Origin: an uncultured Actinomycetes bacterium | Lineage (GTDB): Bacteria; Actinomycetota; Acidimicrobiia; Spongiisociales; DATADW01 | DNA: 64,000 nucleotides | Assembly: GCA_963780745.1 (NCBI GenBank) | Contig: CAWACT010000010.1 | Coordinates: forward strand, 196,555 to 260,554 | Direction of reading: 5' to 3' | Shown here: positions 40,348 through 50,511 of the stretch, piece after piece | How positions within the stretch are numbered: the first letter of the stretch is position 1 | Layout: each line of letters opens with the position of its first letter | Notes under the pieces: generated by a model | What the model saw: only the letters and a program-made list of their open reading frames with translations | What the model was told of the DNA's origin: nothing | The model's database searches: none | Program-made: the position numbers and the translations under genes

Positions 40348-41769
40348 GTGTCGTTCATGACCCCCGACGAGTTCCGCAAGACGGGGCATGAGTTGATCGA
40401 GTGGGTTGCCGCCTACATGGAGGGGGTCGACCGCTTCCCGGTCCTCTCGCAGGTGGCGCCCGGGGAGACCAGGGCGAAGCTCCCCACGAGCCCACCCGAG
40501 CAGGGAGAGCAGTTCGAGGAGATAGTCGCCGACCTCGACCGGGTCATCCTTCCCGGGATCACCCATTGGCAGTCGCCTCGGTTCTTCGGGTTCTTCCCGG
40601 CCAATGCTTCCGGCCCCGCCATCCTCGGCGACCTGATCTCTTCGGGTCTCGGCGTTCAGGGGATGCTCTGGGCGACCTCCCCGGCGTGCACCGAGCTCGG
40701 AGGCGCACGTACTCGACTGGATGGTGGAGATGCTCGGCTTGCCCGACGGGTTCCGCTCGGACACGTCGGGTGGAGGCGTGATCCAGGACTCGGCGTCGAG
40801 CGCCAGCCTGGTGGCAGCGCTGGCGGCGCGGGAAAGGGCCACCGGTTTCGAGATCAACCGGATCGGGACCGGAGGCGGTCTCACCGCCTATGCCTCGACC
40901 CAGGCGCACTCCTCGATCGAGAAGGCGGTGCGGATCGCTGGATACGGAGCCGAGCGGCTGCGAACAATCGAGGTCGACGACGGCTTGGCGATGCGGCCCG
41001 ACCGGTTGGAGGAGGCGATCGAGGCAGGACCGCGCCGCCGGTCTCAACCCGGCGTTCGTCACCGCCACCGTCGGAACCACATCAACGACCGCTGTTGACC
41101 CGGTGCCCGCCATCGCCGAGGTGTGCCGCCGCTACGGCGTCTGGCTCCATGTCGATGCCGCCTATGCCGGGATCGCGGCGCTGCTTCCGGAGATGCGCTG
41201 GATCAACGCCGGGTTGGATCTGGCCGACTCCTACTGCACCAACCCGCACAAGTGGATGTTGACCAACTTCGACTGCACCGCCTTCTACGTCGCCGACCGG
41301 GCTCATCTGATCGAGACTCTCTCGGTGCTCCCCGAGTATCTGCGGAACCAGGCGTCCGAGTCGGGGGCGGTTATCGACTACCGGGACTGGCAGATCCCGC
41401 TGGGCCGGCGGTTCCGGGCGCTCAAGCTGTGGTTCGTCATCCGCAGCTATGGGTTGGCGGGGCTCCGCGCCCACGTGCGAAACCACATCGAACTGGCCGA
41501 TCACTTCGCCTCGCTGGTGGAGGCCTCATCCCGACTTCGAGATCGTCACCGACCACCCCTTCGGGCTCGTTTGCTTCCGTCACCGTCGGCGGAGACGAGA
41601 TCAACCAGCGGATCATGGACAGGGTGAACCGGTCCGGGGAGATCTACCTCACCCACACCAGGGTGGACGACCGGCTCACCTTGCGTCTCGCCATCGGGAG
41701 CCCTCGAACCGAGCAGGGACGACATCGAGGAAGCGTGGCGGGTGATCAAAGCCGCGAGCTGGCGGCTGA
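40348..41769 (+). CDS. Aromatic L-amino acid (DOPA-type) PLP decarboxylase, several frameshifts, end approximate
   Basis: THWQSP.FF, SPACTELE, AHSSIEKA, LHVDAAYAG, NPHKW, DWQIPLGRRFRALKLW. Confidence 0.88.
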
Positions 41770-41776
41770 ACTCGGC

Positions 41777-42372
41777 TCAGCGCCTTGGAGCCGGCTCCAG
41801 CCCGAGCAGGCGCCGCATCATCATGGCGGTGGCTCCCCAGAGGATCTCGCCATCCAACTCGGAGAACCACACCGTCCGCCCCGCCCAGATCTCGGACCGC
41901 CAAGCGGCCGGGTCGGTGAAGCGTCTCCAGCGTCGGCTCCAGCACCATGGCCACCTCGCGAGCCGACGGCTTCAGCTCGGGAACCGGGTCGATCCGGCCC
42001 ACCACCGGCACCACCAGAAGGGTGAACTCGACCGTGTGGATCGGCTCGAGGAACCCGAGGACGGTGACGTTGCTCCGGGGGAATGCCCACCTCTTCCTCC
42101 GCCTCACGCAGGGCGGTATCGACTGCGTTCCGATCGCCAGGGTGGGGACGGCCGCCGGGGAAGGCGAGATGGCCGGCGTGGGTGGGCATCGTGTCCGGGC
42201 GCTTGGTGAGCACGACACGGACCGCACCCTGATCGTCCTCGTACAGCGGGACCAGGACCGCTGCCCGCGGCTGGCCGTCGGTCGGCGGCTCGATCCTCGT
42301 CCAGACGGAGCGAGCTTCGCCCAGGTCGGTGACATGGACCCATCGTACGGGCGCATAAGCTTGGCCCGGCAT
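41777..42372 (-). CDS. Nudix CoA pyrophosphatase (frameshifted, start uncertain)
   Basis: AAVLVPL, HAGHLAFPGG, ALREAEEEVG, ILWGATA. Confidence 0.85.
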
Positions 42373-42961
42373 GGACCTTCCCCCCGAGACGATCACCACC
42401 ACCAACCTCTCGCTCCATCCCTTCCGGCGACGCGACGTCGACCCTTTGCTGGCGGCGGTGCGCGAGTCGCTCCCCGAGCTGAGCCAGTGGCTGCCGTGGG
42501 CGCATCAGGGGTACACCCGCGACGACGCCATACGGTTCGTGCGCGACTCGGTACAAGCCTGGCGGGAGAACCGTGCCTACGACTTCGCCGTGACCGAGCG
42601 GGATGGGGCCACCCATCTGGGCAACGTCTCCATCTGGCACGTGTCGCGCGGCTTCCACGTCGGTGAGATCGGATACTGGGTGCGCACCGATCAGACCGGG
42701 AAGGGCATCGCCACCGAGGTGACCGCCCGGATGCTGCAGATCGGGTTCGAGCGGCTCGGGATGCACCGCATCGTGCTCCGAATCGCCGTCGGCAACAGGG
42801 CGAGCGAGCGGGTGGCCGAGAAGCTCGATTTCGTCAAAGAGGGGGTACTGCGCGAGGAGCTGAAGGTGCGTGGTCAATGGCTCGACCACACCGTGTGGAG
42901 CATGCTCGAGCATGAGTACCGCCGTCGCGCCGCCGAGTACGCCGTCTTCGCCGGCAACTGA
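42371..42961 (+). CDS. RimJ/RimL-type GNAT acetyltransferase
   Basis: WLPWA, GEIGYW, GKGIATE, N.ASERVAEKL.F..EG. Confidence 0.9.
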   Translation: MDLPPETITTTNLSLHPFRRRDVDPLLAAVRESLPELSQWLPWAHQGYTRDDAIRFVRDSVQAWRENRAYDFAVTERDGATHLGNVSIWHVSRGFHVGEIGYWVRTDQTGKGIATEVTARMLQIGFERLGMHRIVLRIAVGNRASERVAEKLDFVKEGVLREELKVRGQWLDHTVWSMLEHEYRRRAAEYAVFAGN

Positions 42962-43039
42962 ACGCGGCCGCGACACGTCGTTCTGTGGGTCCGAAGCGCG
43001 CCTCTGGGCGCGGCTCGAACCCTGGGTTCCGAGGGTGAC

Positions 43040-44126
43040 CTAGGTCGCTTCCAGCACCCGCATCGCCACCCGCTCGGTCCGGTCCATCCAGCGCGAGCTG
43101 CGCACACCTCTCCACGCCAGAGCCAGCTGTCCGGTGCGGTATGCCTCGGGAATCGCCGGATGGACATAGGAGGCTCGACACACCTCACGGGTGTTCCCGA
43201 GCCGCTCGGCCGCGAGGTCGATGCGCGGCCAGAACCGTCTTGTCGGCGTCGCATTCGTCCGGTGAGACCCCGGCCAGCGCACCCGCCACCACTGCGGTTG
43301 CCCCCCACGTCCTGAAGTCCTTGGCGGTTACATCCCTGCCGGTGAGCTCTCCGAGGTACCGGTTGACCTGGTCGGAATCGACGCTCACCGGGAGATCGTC
43401 CCCACCGAGATAGGAAAAGAGTTGCTGGCCACCCAGCTCCTGGCATGCCAGCACCGCAGCCACCAGGTCCGGGTCGGGTACCGACACCCGCACCTCGGAA
43501 CCACCCTTGCCCCGGAAGTCGAACACCAGGTCGCCACCGTCTCGGTCCACGTGATCGGGACGGAGCGTGGTGAGCCCGAAGGTCTCGTTGTCCCTGGCGT
43601 ACTCCCGGTTGCCGACGCGGATCAGTGTCTCGTCGAGCAGCCGCACCACGAGGGCCATCACCCCGGTCTGGGTCTCCACCCCTCCGGCGAGATCGATCTC
43701 GACACGTTTCCGCAAGCGGGGGAGGCGCTCGCCGAACTTGCCGAGCGAGTCGAACTTGTCGGCGTCTCTGACCTCGCGCCACCGTGGGTGGTACAGGTAC
43801 TGCTTGCGCTCCTTGTCGTCACGCCCGGTGGCGAGCAAGTGGCCCCTGCGATCGGTCGAGATCCAGACGTCTCTCCACGCCGGAGGGATCACCAGCGAGT
43901 TGATCCAGCGGAGTGTCGCTCCGTCGGTGACCCGCTCGCCGTCCGGTCGGTGGTAGGAGAACCCACGACCACGTCTCACTCTTCTGATCCCGGGCCGCGC
44001 ATCCGACGTGTACCTGAGACCGGCCTCCTCCGCCGCCTCCTGGGCGGCATCGCTGCGGCGAGCGACGCCGATGGCTGCGGCTGCACCGGACCGGCGGGAC
44101 TCTGGGAGCTTCCCCTTGACGCGCAA
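43040..44126 (-). CDS. DNA topoisomerase IB (poxvirus-like bacterial type; frameshift near 43230)
   Basis: IPPAW.DVWI, GRD...RKQYLYHP.W, IRVGN, GLTTL, FRGKGG, KDFRTW, LGNT..VCRASYVHP. Confidence 0.93.
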
Positions 44127-44220
44127 CTCTCCGACGACTGACGACTGCTCGGCGACGACCGCCCATGGTTCAAGTTCGATCCGGACCCGAAGGACTTATC
44201 AGGACCTGTGGGCGAGTGGC

Positions 44221-44246
44221 ATACCGCGGCCGGGCTGTCCCGAAAC
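44221..44246 (-). promoter_or_regulatory. SigF/SigB-type promoter upstream of TopIB
   Basis: GTTT-N16-CGGTAT. Confidence 0.5.
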
Positions 44247-44280
44247 ACCGCTGGCCCAGCAGCTCCAACGGGCTGACCCG

Positions 44281-44757
44281 CTACATCTTGCGCTTGGTCT
44301 CCCCCGAGTTGCCCGAGGATGGAGAGAGGAACGAGATGGTCCCGTCGGGTTCGAGGACCGCCAGCTCGACCGAGGACAGGTCATCGAGACCCTGCTTGCG
44401 AGCCGCCTGGTCGACCTCGTGGGGCTGGAGTCGCTCGAGCTTCATCGCCTCGGGGAGAAGCTGCCCGTCGCGCAGGATCACCACCGGAAGGCCTTCGAGG
44501 AGCCGCCGCGCCGGGTCGAACTTGAAGCTCATGTAGGAGAACACGAACGGTCAGCAGGGCCAGCGTCCCGGCGGCGAGGACTGGCCCCGACCAGAGAGAA
44601 GTCTTCCTGGGTGATCCCCTGTTGCACGATGTCGCCGATGACAACGAGGAGGATCAACTCGAAAGGCGACAGCTCGGAGAGCTCCTTCTTCCCAACAAGT
44701 TTGAGCAGCAGGAATATGAAGACGAAGGCGACTGGCGGAGCGAAGCACGACGCCCAT
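44281..44757 (-). CDS. DUF421 (YetF-like) membrane protein, frameshifted
   Basis: GKKELSELSPFE.I, LEG.PVVILRDG, AVLEPDGTIS. Confidence 0.85.
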
Positions 44758-45313
44758 CAGGGCAGCACCAACGTCGAGAATTCCACCTCGACCACCCGTC
44801 TGCCCTTGGTCGAGCACGGCGACGTCCCCGTGGATCACACCCTCAGCGCCCGGCTCATGCCTGCCGTCGAAGTCGACCGTCAGCGAGTCCCCCCGCGGTG
44901 GGTCGAACTCCCAGATGACATACCCGTCGTCTGCGATCTGCGCAGCCGCGTCCGGGTAGATCGCGTTGAAGTCGAGGGCTTCGATGTACTCGCGCAGCAC
45001 GATCAGCCTCACCGGCTGTTCGAATCCGCCTTCCCGGCTGACGACGATGCTCAACCGTATGGCCAGCCCGGGACGGGAAACCGACGGGTGGCTCACCTCC
45101 AACCGGATAGCCGGCCGCTTCGGCCGAGGCGACCGAGGGTCGGGGACCTGCCCATCCGAGCAACGCCATGACCACGATGACCAGGAGCACACCCACCCCG
45201 ATGCGCCGGATCGTTCGGCTCCGGCGGACGTTCTCGAGGGGGTTGTCTTCAGGGAGTGTCGAAACCCCCTGTTCCTGGCTCGATCCAGCTGTGGAGCCTT
45301 GAGCATCCGCCAC
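44757..45313 (-). CDS. Hypothetical membrane-anchored protein, frameshifted
   Basis: TM helix RRIGVGVLLVIVVMALLG, then soluble domain in frame of 44551..45372; stop overlaps the DUF421 start. Confidence 0.6.
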
Positions 45314-45491
45314 GCGAATCCAACTCCGGACGCTCGGCGAGTGGGAGCGTACAACTGGACCGCCTGAACCAAGGTGATTGAAGTGTCGAAGCGCCGTCTA
45401 CTCGTGCCAAGACCAGGATCGCGAGCAAGCCTATGACGGCTTGGTCGCCGGCCTGCGGTGGCCGCCGGCGTGGTGGGATGAGGCCGCCGGT

Positions 45492-45911
45492 CTACTGATT
45501 CGGTGGCGCCGAGCTGATCTCACCCAACACCGAGTTGGGGTCCTGCTCCTCCGCCAGGTCGCCGAGGCTGACGATCCCGACAACCTCGCCGCCTTCCACC
45601 ACCGGGATACGTCGCACCGAGGCGCCGGCCATCCGCGATGCGAGCTCGCCCACCGATTCATCCGGGCTCGCGGTGATGACGTCATCAGTAACGATCTCGC
45701 CGATGGTGGTGCGCGCCGGGTCGGCCCCGTCGGCCACCGCCCTGATCACGACGTCGCGATCGGTGAGTATGCCTGCCAGTCGGCCGTTGGATGTCACCAC
45801 CACGTCGCCCACGTCGTTGTCCCGCATCGCCTGCGCTGCCTGCTCAACCGTGTCCGACTCGCTGCAGCTGACCACGTTGCGGGTCATAACGTCTGCAATC
45901 CTCTGACCCAC
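45492..45911 (-). CDS. CBS domain protein
   Basis: DVMTRNV, GILTDRD, RRIPVV, GIVSLGDLA. Confidence 0.9.
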   Translation of the reverse strand: MGQRIADVMTRNVVSCSESDTVEQAAQAMRDNDVGDVVVTSNGRLAGILTDRDVVIRAVADGADPARTTIGEIVTDDVITASPDESVGELASRMAGASVRRIPVVEGGEVVGIVSLGDLAEEQDPNSVLGEISSAPPNQ

Positions 45912-45940
45912 ATTGCCCTCCTCGCTCGCGTGTCGCGGTC

Positions 45941-45966
45941 TTTCCCAACGCGAGGAAATCCAAACC
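45941..45966 (-). promoter_or_regulatory. SigF/SigB-type promoter upstream of the CBS gene
   Basis: GGTTT-N15-GGGAAA. Confidence 0.6.
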
Positions 45967-45969
45967 CGT

Positions 45970-48558
45970 TCAGGTCCGAATTCGTGGTGAGGAACGCCGC
46001 CGCGGCTCGAACTCGGCGGCAAGCAGGGTGACGTCGTCCTCCGTGTGCTCACCGACCATCTGGGCGATCAGCTCGTCGCACAGCCCTGCCATCGACTCGC
46101 CGACCAGAGATCCGGCCACGTCGACCAGCCTCCCCAGACCGACGTCGATGCCTTCGTCTCGCCTCTCGACCAGCCCATCGGAATAGAGCAGCAGGATGTC
46201 CCCTGGCTCCACGCTGACAGCGGCCTCGATGAACTCGACGTCGGTGATCCCCAACGGGACAGAGCGGGCCTCTTCGAGGAAGGCGGGCCCTTGCGAGGTG
46301 ATGAGCAGCGGGGGGACATGCCCGGCGCAGGTGTACTTGACGCTTCGACTCGGCCTGTCGTAGAGCGCAACCGCCGCCGTGGTGCCCGTTGCTCCGGACA
46401 CGTCGGCGGCCAGCCGACTCAGCCTGGTCAACGCCTGCACCGGTGACGCTCCTTCCCTCAAACCGGCGTCTAGTACCGAGCGCAGTTGGCCCATGATGGC
46501 GGCGGCAGCGATCCCCTTGCCGACGACGTCGCCCACGGACAGCGCCATCTGATCCGGCGCGACGCGAATGGCGTCGTACCAATCGCCCCCGGCTGCGGTC
46601 CTCTCCTGAGCAGGGATGTACCGGGCGTGCAACGGCAGCCAGGGCACCCGGGGGAGCATCCGAGGCAACAGGCTCTGCTGGAGCGTCTGGGCCGCTTCGT
46701 GCTCCTCCTCGTACCTCCGGGCCCGCTCCATCGACCGGGCGGTCACTGCGGCCAACGCCGCCAGATAGGAGCGATCCTCGGTCGAGAACGTGGCTCGGTG
46801 GGCGAATCCGGCGGCGAGAGCGCCCACCGTCGCGGGTCCGAGATTGATGGGCACGACGGCGATCGACGAGAAGACTGCGGGGATGGGCGCCAGCCCGTCA
46901 GGGAAGCGGCGCGTCAACAAGTCGGCATCGGGATACCAGAGGGGGCGGCCGGTGCGGACCACATAGGCGAACGGGTGCTGGGGCGGAAATTGACGCCTCC
47001 CCGCAGTCGGTTGCCTGGTCTCTCCCCCCCACCACTTCTCATGGAGCAGCTCGACTCCGTCAGTCGACAGCACCGCCACCCACCCGGCGACGGCGCCGAG
47101 TGCCGCCAACCCGGAGTCGATTGCGTTGTCGAGAACCTCTTCCACGGTCAACGCCTGGGCGGCGCCGGCCGTGGCCTGCTGCAACACCTCGAGCCGTCCG
47201 CCGGTCATCTCGGCCTGACGCCTTGCCTCCCCGGCCGCCTCGAATAGCATGGCGTTGTCGGTCATGAGACCGAGCCTGTCGGCAAGCTCCTGGAAGCGGG
47301 AGAGGTCGTCCTGGTCGAACCGCCTCCCCGACCCCGCCATCGCCAACAACAGGCATCCGACGACCCGGCCGCGAGCGCGCATCGGCACGATCAGCTCGGA
47401 CCGAGGCGCGATCTCGGCGACCAGATCGGCCAAGTCGGGTTTGCCCTCCCTCGCCGCGTCCATGTACACGTCGAGTGCGACGCGGGGTTCGACATGGCCG
47501 ACGCCCGTTTGCATCACGTGATAGATGGTGCCCGGTAGATCAGGCGTGACCGGCCAGTCGGCGAGCAGCTTCTCGGCAATCGCTTGGCGATCGGGGTCCA
47601 AGTGACGCACCGCCACGACACGTGGTGGGTCGGCCAAGGCGACGACGCAGTAGTCGGCCGTTCCTGGAACCATCAGGCTGGCTACGGCCGACAGCCCTTC
47701 TTCCACCTCGAGCGTCCGGTCCAGGATGACCCCCACCTCGGAGGCCAGCCGAGCCTGGTCCTCGGCCGCCCGGCGGGTGGTGATGTCAGCAAACACGACC
47801 ACCGCCCCCCCGATCTCCCCGTCCTCGGCGTAGTACGGGGCCGAACTGGTCCGGATGATCCGGCGACTCCGATCGGAGCGGAGCAGCTCGATCTCTTCGC
47901 CCTGAACCACCTGGTCGCCCCGAAGCGATCGGAGCAGTGCCGATTCCGCTACCGATACCCGCTGCCCATCGGTCGTGTGCCCGGTCATGAAGCGGGCATC
48001 GGTGAGGAGATCTGTTCCCTCGGCCGCGGCGCCAAGTATGTCGGTCGCCTTGTCGTTGGCGAGGATGACGCGGCCCGTGCTGTCCACCACGATCAGCCCA
48101 TTCGGCATGGCGTCGAGCGCAGACCCGAAGCGGCGGCGCTGGCCCTCGCTCTCACTCAAGGCACCTGCGATCCCTCGCCGTGCCCTCGCCAGGCCCCAGC
48201 CGAGCGTGACCACCACCGACCCGATGAGCAGGTAGGCGCCTATCAGCAGCCAGCTGTTCGGGGTGAGTTGCAGGTACCCGCTCCCTGGCTCGATGACGAC
48301 CGGACAGGCGGCGCCGGTGATCAGGAGCGTGACCACTCCCGGCCCCGGACCGAGCAGCCACACCGACACCACCACGGAAAGCAGCATCGACATGAACAGC
48401 GTGCTTCCGGTCACATCCTCGAGCCACATGGCTACGGCGATACCGGCGGCCGCGATCAGCGAGGCCAATGAGTAGGCGAGAATCCGGCTGGGGACGGCCC
48501 GTTTTACCGGGGTGGTTCTCGGTTGTGCCTCCCCGCCGCCTTCCGTCACCGCAAACAC
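45970..48558 (-). CDS. Membrane PAS-GAF-GAF SpoIIE/RsbU-type PP2C phosphatase
   Basis: N-terminal TM helices, PAS, two GAF, LQQSLLP, GGDWYD, GDVVGKG, AGHVPP, YSDGLVE, DDVT. Confidence 0.92.
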   Translation of the reverse strand: MFAVTEGGGEAQPRTTPVKRAVPSRILAYSLASLIAAAGIAVAMWLEDVTGSTLFMSMLLSVVVSVWLLGPGPGVVTLLITGAACPVVIEPGSGYLQLTPNSWLLIGAYLLIGSVVVTLGWGLARARRGIAGALSESEGQRRRFGSALDAMPNGLIVVDSTGRVILANDKATDILGAAAEGTDLLTDARFMTGHTTDGQRVSVAESALLRSLRGDQVVQGEEIELLRSDRSRRIIRTSSAPYYAEDGEIGGAVVVFADITTRRAAEDQARLASEVGVILDRTLEVEEGLSAVASLMVPGTADYCVVALADPPRVVAVRHLDPDRQAIAEKLLADWPVTPDLPGTIYHVMQTGVGHVEPRVALDVYMDAAREGKPDLADLVAEIAPRSELIVPMRARGRVVGCLLLAMAGSGRRFDQDDLSRFQELADRLGLMTDNAMLFEAAGEARRQAEMTGGRLEVLQQATAGAAQALTVEEVLDNAIDSGLAALGAVAGWVAVLSTDGVELLHEKWWGGETRQPTAGRRQFPPQHPFAYVVRTGRPLWYPDADLLTRRFPDGLAPIPAVFSSIAVVPINLGPATVGALAAGFAHRATFSTEDRSYLAALAAVTARSMERARRYEEEHEAAQTLQQSLLPRMLPRVPWLPLHARYIPAQERTAAGGDWYDAIRVAPDQMALSVGDVVGKGIAAAAIMGQLRSVLDAGLREGASPVQALTRLSRLAADVSGATGTTAAVALYDRPSRSVKYTCAGHVPPLLITSQGPAFLEEARSVPLGITDVEFIEAAVSVEPGDILLLYSDGLVERRDEGIDVGLGRLVDVAGSLVGESMAGLCDELIAQMVGEHTEDDVTLLAAEFEPRRRSSPRIRT

Positions 48559-48656
48559 CCCAGCAAGGTGCGCTCCGTCTTGGTGATCCGATCCTAGGGA
48601 TGCGAGCGGTGGAGCGTCGTCGCTTCGAGTGCGCCGTGTCGCCCTACCCTTTGCGG

Positions 48657-48920
48657 ATGTGTCGCAACATCACAACGCTGCGCGGCCTCGAGCCGGAGGC
48701 CACAGATGACGAGATCGAAGCTGCGGCCCGCCAGTACGTGCGGAAGGTGAGCGGAGTGCAAAAGACCTCCCCTCACACCGAGGAGGCCTTCGAGCACGCC
48801 GTCGCCGGTATCGCCCATCTGACCCGGGATCTGCTGCGGGAGCTTCCACCGCGCAAACAACCACCGTCGGTGGTCCCACCCGCCCGCCGCATCTCGTCTC
48901 GGCAAACCGCCGCCAGCTGA
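48657..48920 (+). CDS. DUF2277 small protein
   Basis: MCRNITTLRGLEP.AT..EI.AAA.QYVRKVSG. Confidence 0.88.
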   Translation: MCRNITTLRGLEPEATDDEIEAAARQYVRKVSGVQKTSPHTEEAFEHAVAGIAHLTRDLLRELPPRKQPPSVVPPARRISSRQTAAS

Positions 48921-48933
48921 GAACCGGCGCCCT

Positions 48934-50457
48934 TCAGGTGGCGGGTGCCTCATCGGCGAGGACCACCCTCTCCAAGGGCTCAACTGCCGGTCCGTGGAGG
49001 ACGCTGCCGTCGGGGGCGAAGCGCGAGCCATGACATGGACAGTCCCAGCTCTCCTCTGCTGTGTTCCATCCGACGATGCACCCCAGATGGGTGCAGGTTG
49101 CGTCGACCAAGTCCAGGTGCCCGGCCAGGTCACGATGCGCCGCCACCCGCCGATCCATGATCGTGCCGACGGCAGCTCCCCCGGGCGGTATGGCATCGAG
49201 TTCGAGGTGATGTGACCCGCCCACTCGATCGCCGACGAACCTGCCGCCCACCTCGGCATTGAAACGGAGGATCGTGGGGAGCGCGCCCCACGCACGGCGT
49301 GCCGATAGCCCGGCTAGCTCGGGCCACGGATGCGGCCGGCCCGACACGAGCTCGCCGATGATTCGGGCAGCGACCGTGCCGTTGGTCATCCCCCACTTGG
49401 CGAACCCGGTCGCGGCGAACAAGGGAACTCCAATCGATGGGATCCTGCCTACCGATGGCAGCCGGGTTGCCGGGATGTAGTCCTGCGCCGACCACCGATG
49501 CGTCACCGACACGACTGGGAACACGCCGCGGGTCCACTGTTCCAGGGTGTCCAACCGACGGTGGCTGTCCGGGTCGCGGCCGGTCACGTGACCGCCGCCA
49601 CCCACGATGATCGAATCGGTGGCGAGGGGCCGGACCGAGTGGCCGTCAGCACCGACACCGAGATACATGCCCACTGGCGGCTCACCCTCGACCGTCGCCG
49701 CCATGGCGTACGAGGTGCTTGGCTGGGTGGCTGCGAAGTGTCCTCCCCGGTTGAGGATAGGGAGTTGGGTGGCGAGGACGACGGCGCCGGCGCGGACGGT
49801 GCCCTGGCTCGTCTCGAGCAGCCCATTGCTTTTGACCTCGAGCACCGGGCATTCCGTGCTCACCGTCACGCCCCGAGAGGTGAGAAGACGATGGATCCCA
49901 AGGCCGTAACGACGAGGATGGAACATCCCCTGATCGGCCAGACTGACGGCGGACGACACTGGAAAGGGGAGACCGACGTCCCCTGACTCATGCGTGACGG
50001 GGAGCCCTGCCTCTTGGGCCGCGGCCACCTCCTGCTCGATCACCTCGAGATACGCGGGATCGTTGGTGTACGTGTATGCGGGTGCTGAGACCCAATCGCA
50101 ATCGACCTCTGCAGCGAGCCGTGCAATCTCGACCACGGCCCATTGGTTGGCGGCGGCGTAGGCGCGGGCGACGTCGCGCCCCTGGTCGGCGAGGAGCCGG
50201 TGATATGCCGTGCCGTGAAGCGACGTGACTTTGGCCGTCGTATGGCCGGTGGTCCCCCCTGCTACCCGATCCCTCTCCAGCACGGCGACCGATAGCCCCT
50301 GGTCGGCAAGACGGAGAGCCGTCGTCAGCCCAACTATTCCCGCACCGACAACGGCTACATCGACCGGGTCGTCTGGGAACGATGACGACGGAAGGTCCTC
50401 ACCTGTCGTCGAGTCCATCCAGTAGGAGCGTTGCCAGCGTTCCGTGTTCAATGCCAC
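48934..50457 (-). CDS. FAD-dependent oxidoreductase with C-terminal Rieske domain (YhfW-like)
   Basis: VVGAGIVGL, TTGHTTAK, WSAQD, CTHLGC...WDCPCHGSRF; start moved downstream of the promoter at 50470. Confidence 0.9.
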   Translation of the reverse strand: MALNTERWQRSYWMDSTTGEDLPSSSFPDDPVDVAVVGAGIVGLTTALRLADQGLSVAVLERDRVAGGTTGHTTAKVTSLHGTAYHRLLADQGRDVARAYAAANQWAVVEIARLAAEVDCDWVSAPAYTYTNDPAYLEVIEQEVAAAQEAGLPVTHESGDVGLPFPVSSAVSLADQGMFHPRRYGLGIHRLLTSRGVTVSTECPVLEVKSNGLLETSQGTVRAGAVVLATQLPILNRGGHFAATQPSTSYAMAATVEGEPPVGMYLGVGADGHSVRPLATDSIIVGGGGHVTGRDPDSHRRLDTLEQWTRGVFPVVSVTHRWSAQDYIPATRLPSVGRIPSIGVPLFAATGFAKWGMTNGTVAARIIGELVSGRPHPWPELAGLSARRAWGALPTILRFNAEVGGRFVGDRVGGSHHLELDAIPPGGAAVGTIMDRRVAAHRDLAGHLDLVDATCTHLGCIVGWNTAEESWDCPCHGSRFAPDGSVLHGPAVEPLERVVLADEAPAT

Positions 50458-50469
50458 TGAGAAGCCATC

Positions 50470-50496
50470 GTTCCCGCTCACCTCCAACGAGAAACC
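50470..50496 (-). promoter_or_regulatory. SigF/SigB-type promoter
   Basis: GGTTT-N16-GGGAAC. Confidence 0.65.
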
Positions 50497-50511
50497 AACG
50501 GATTAAGAAGT

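Noticed and set aside
39667-44126. Prophage or integrative element suggested by the TA pair and TopIB
   Set aside because: No integrase, structural genes, att-like repeats or compositional shift
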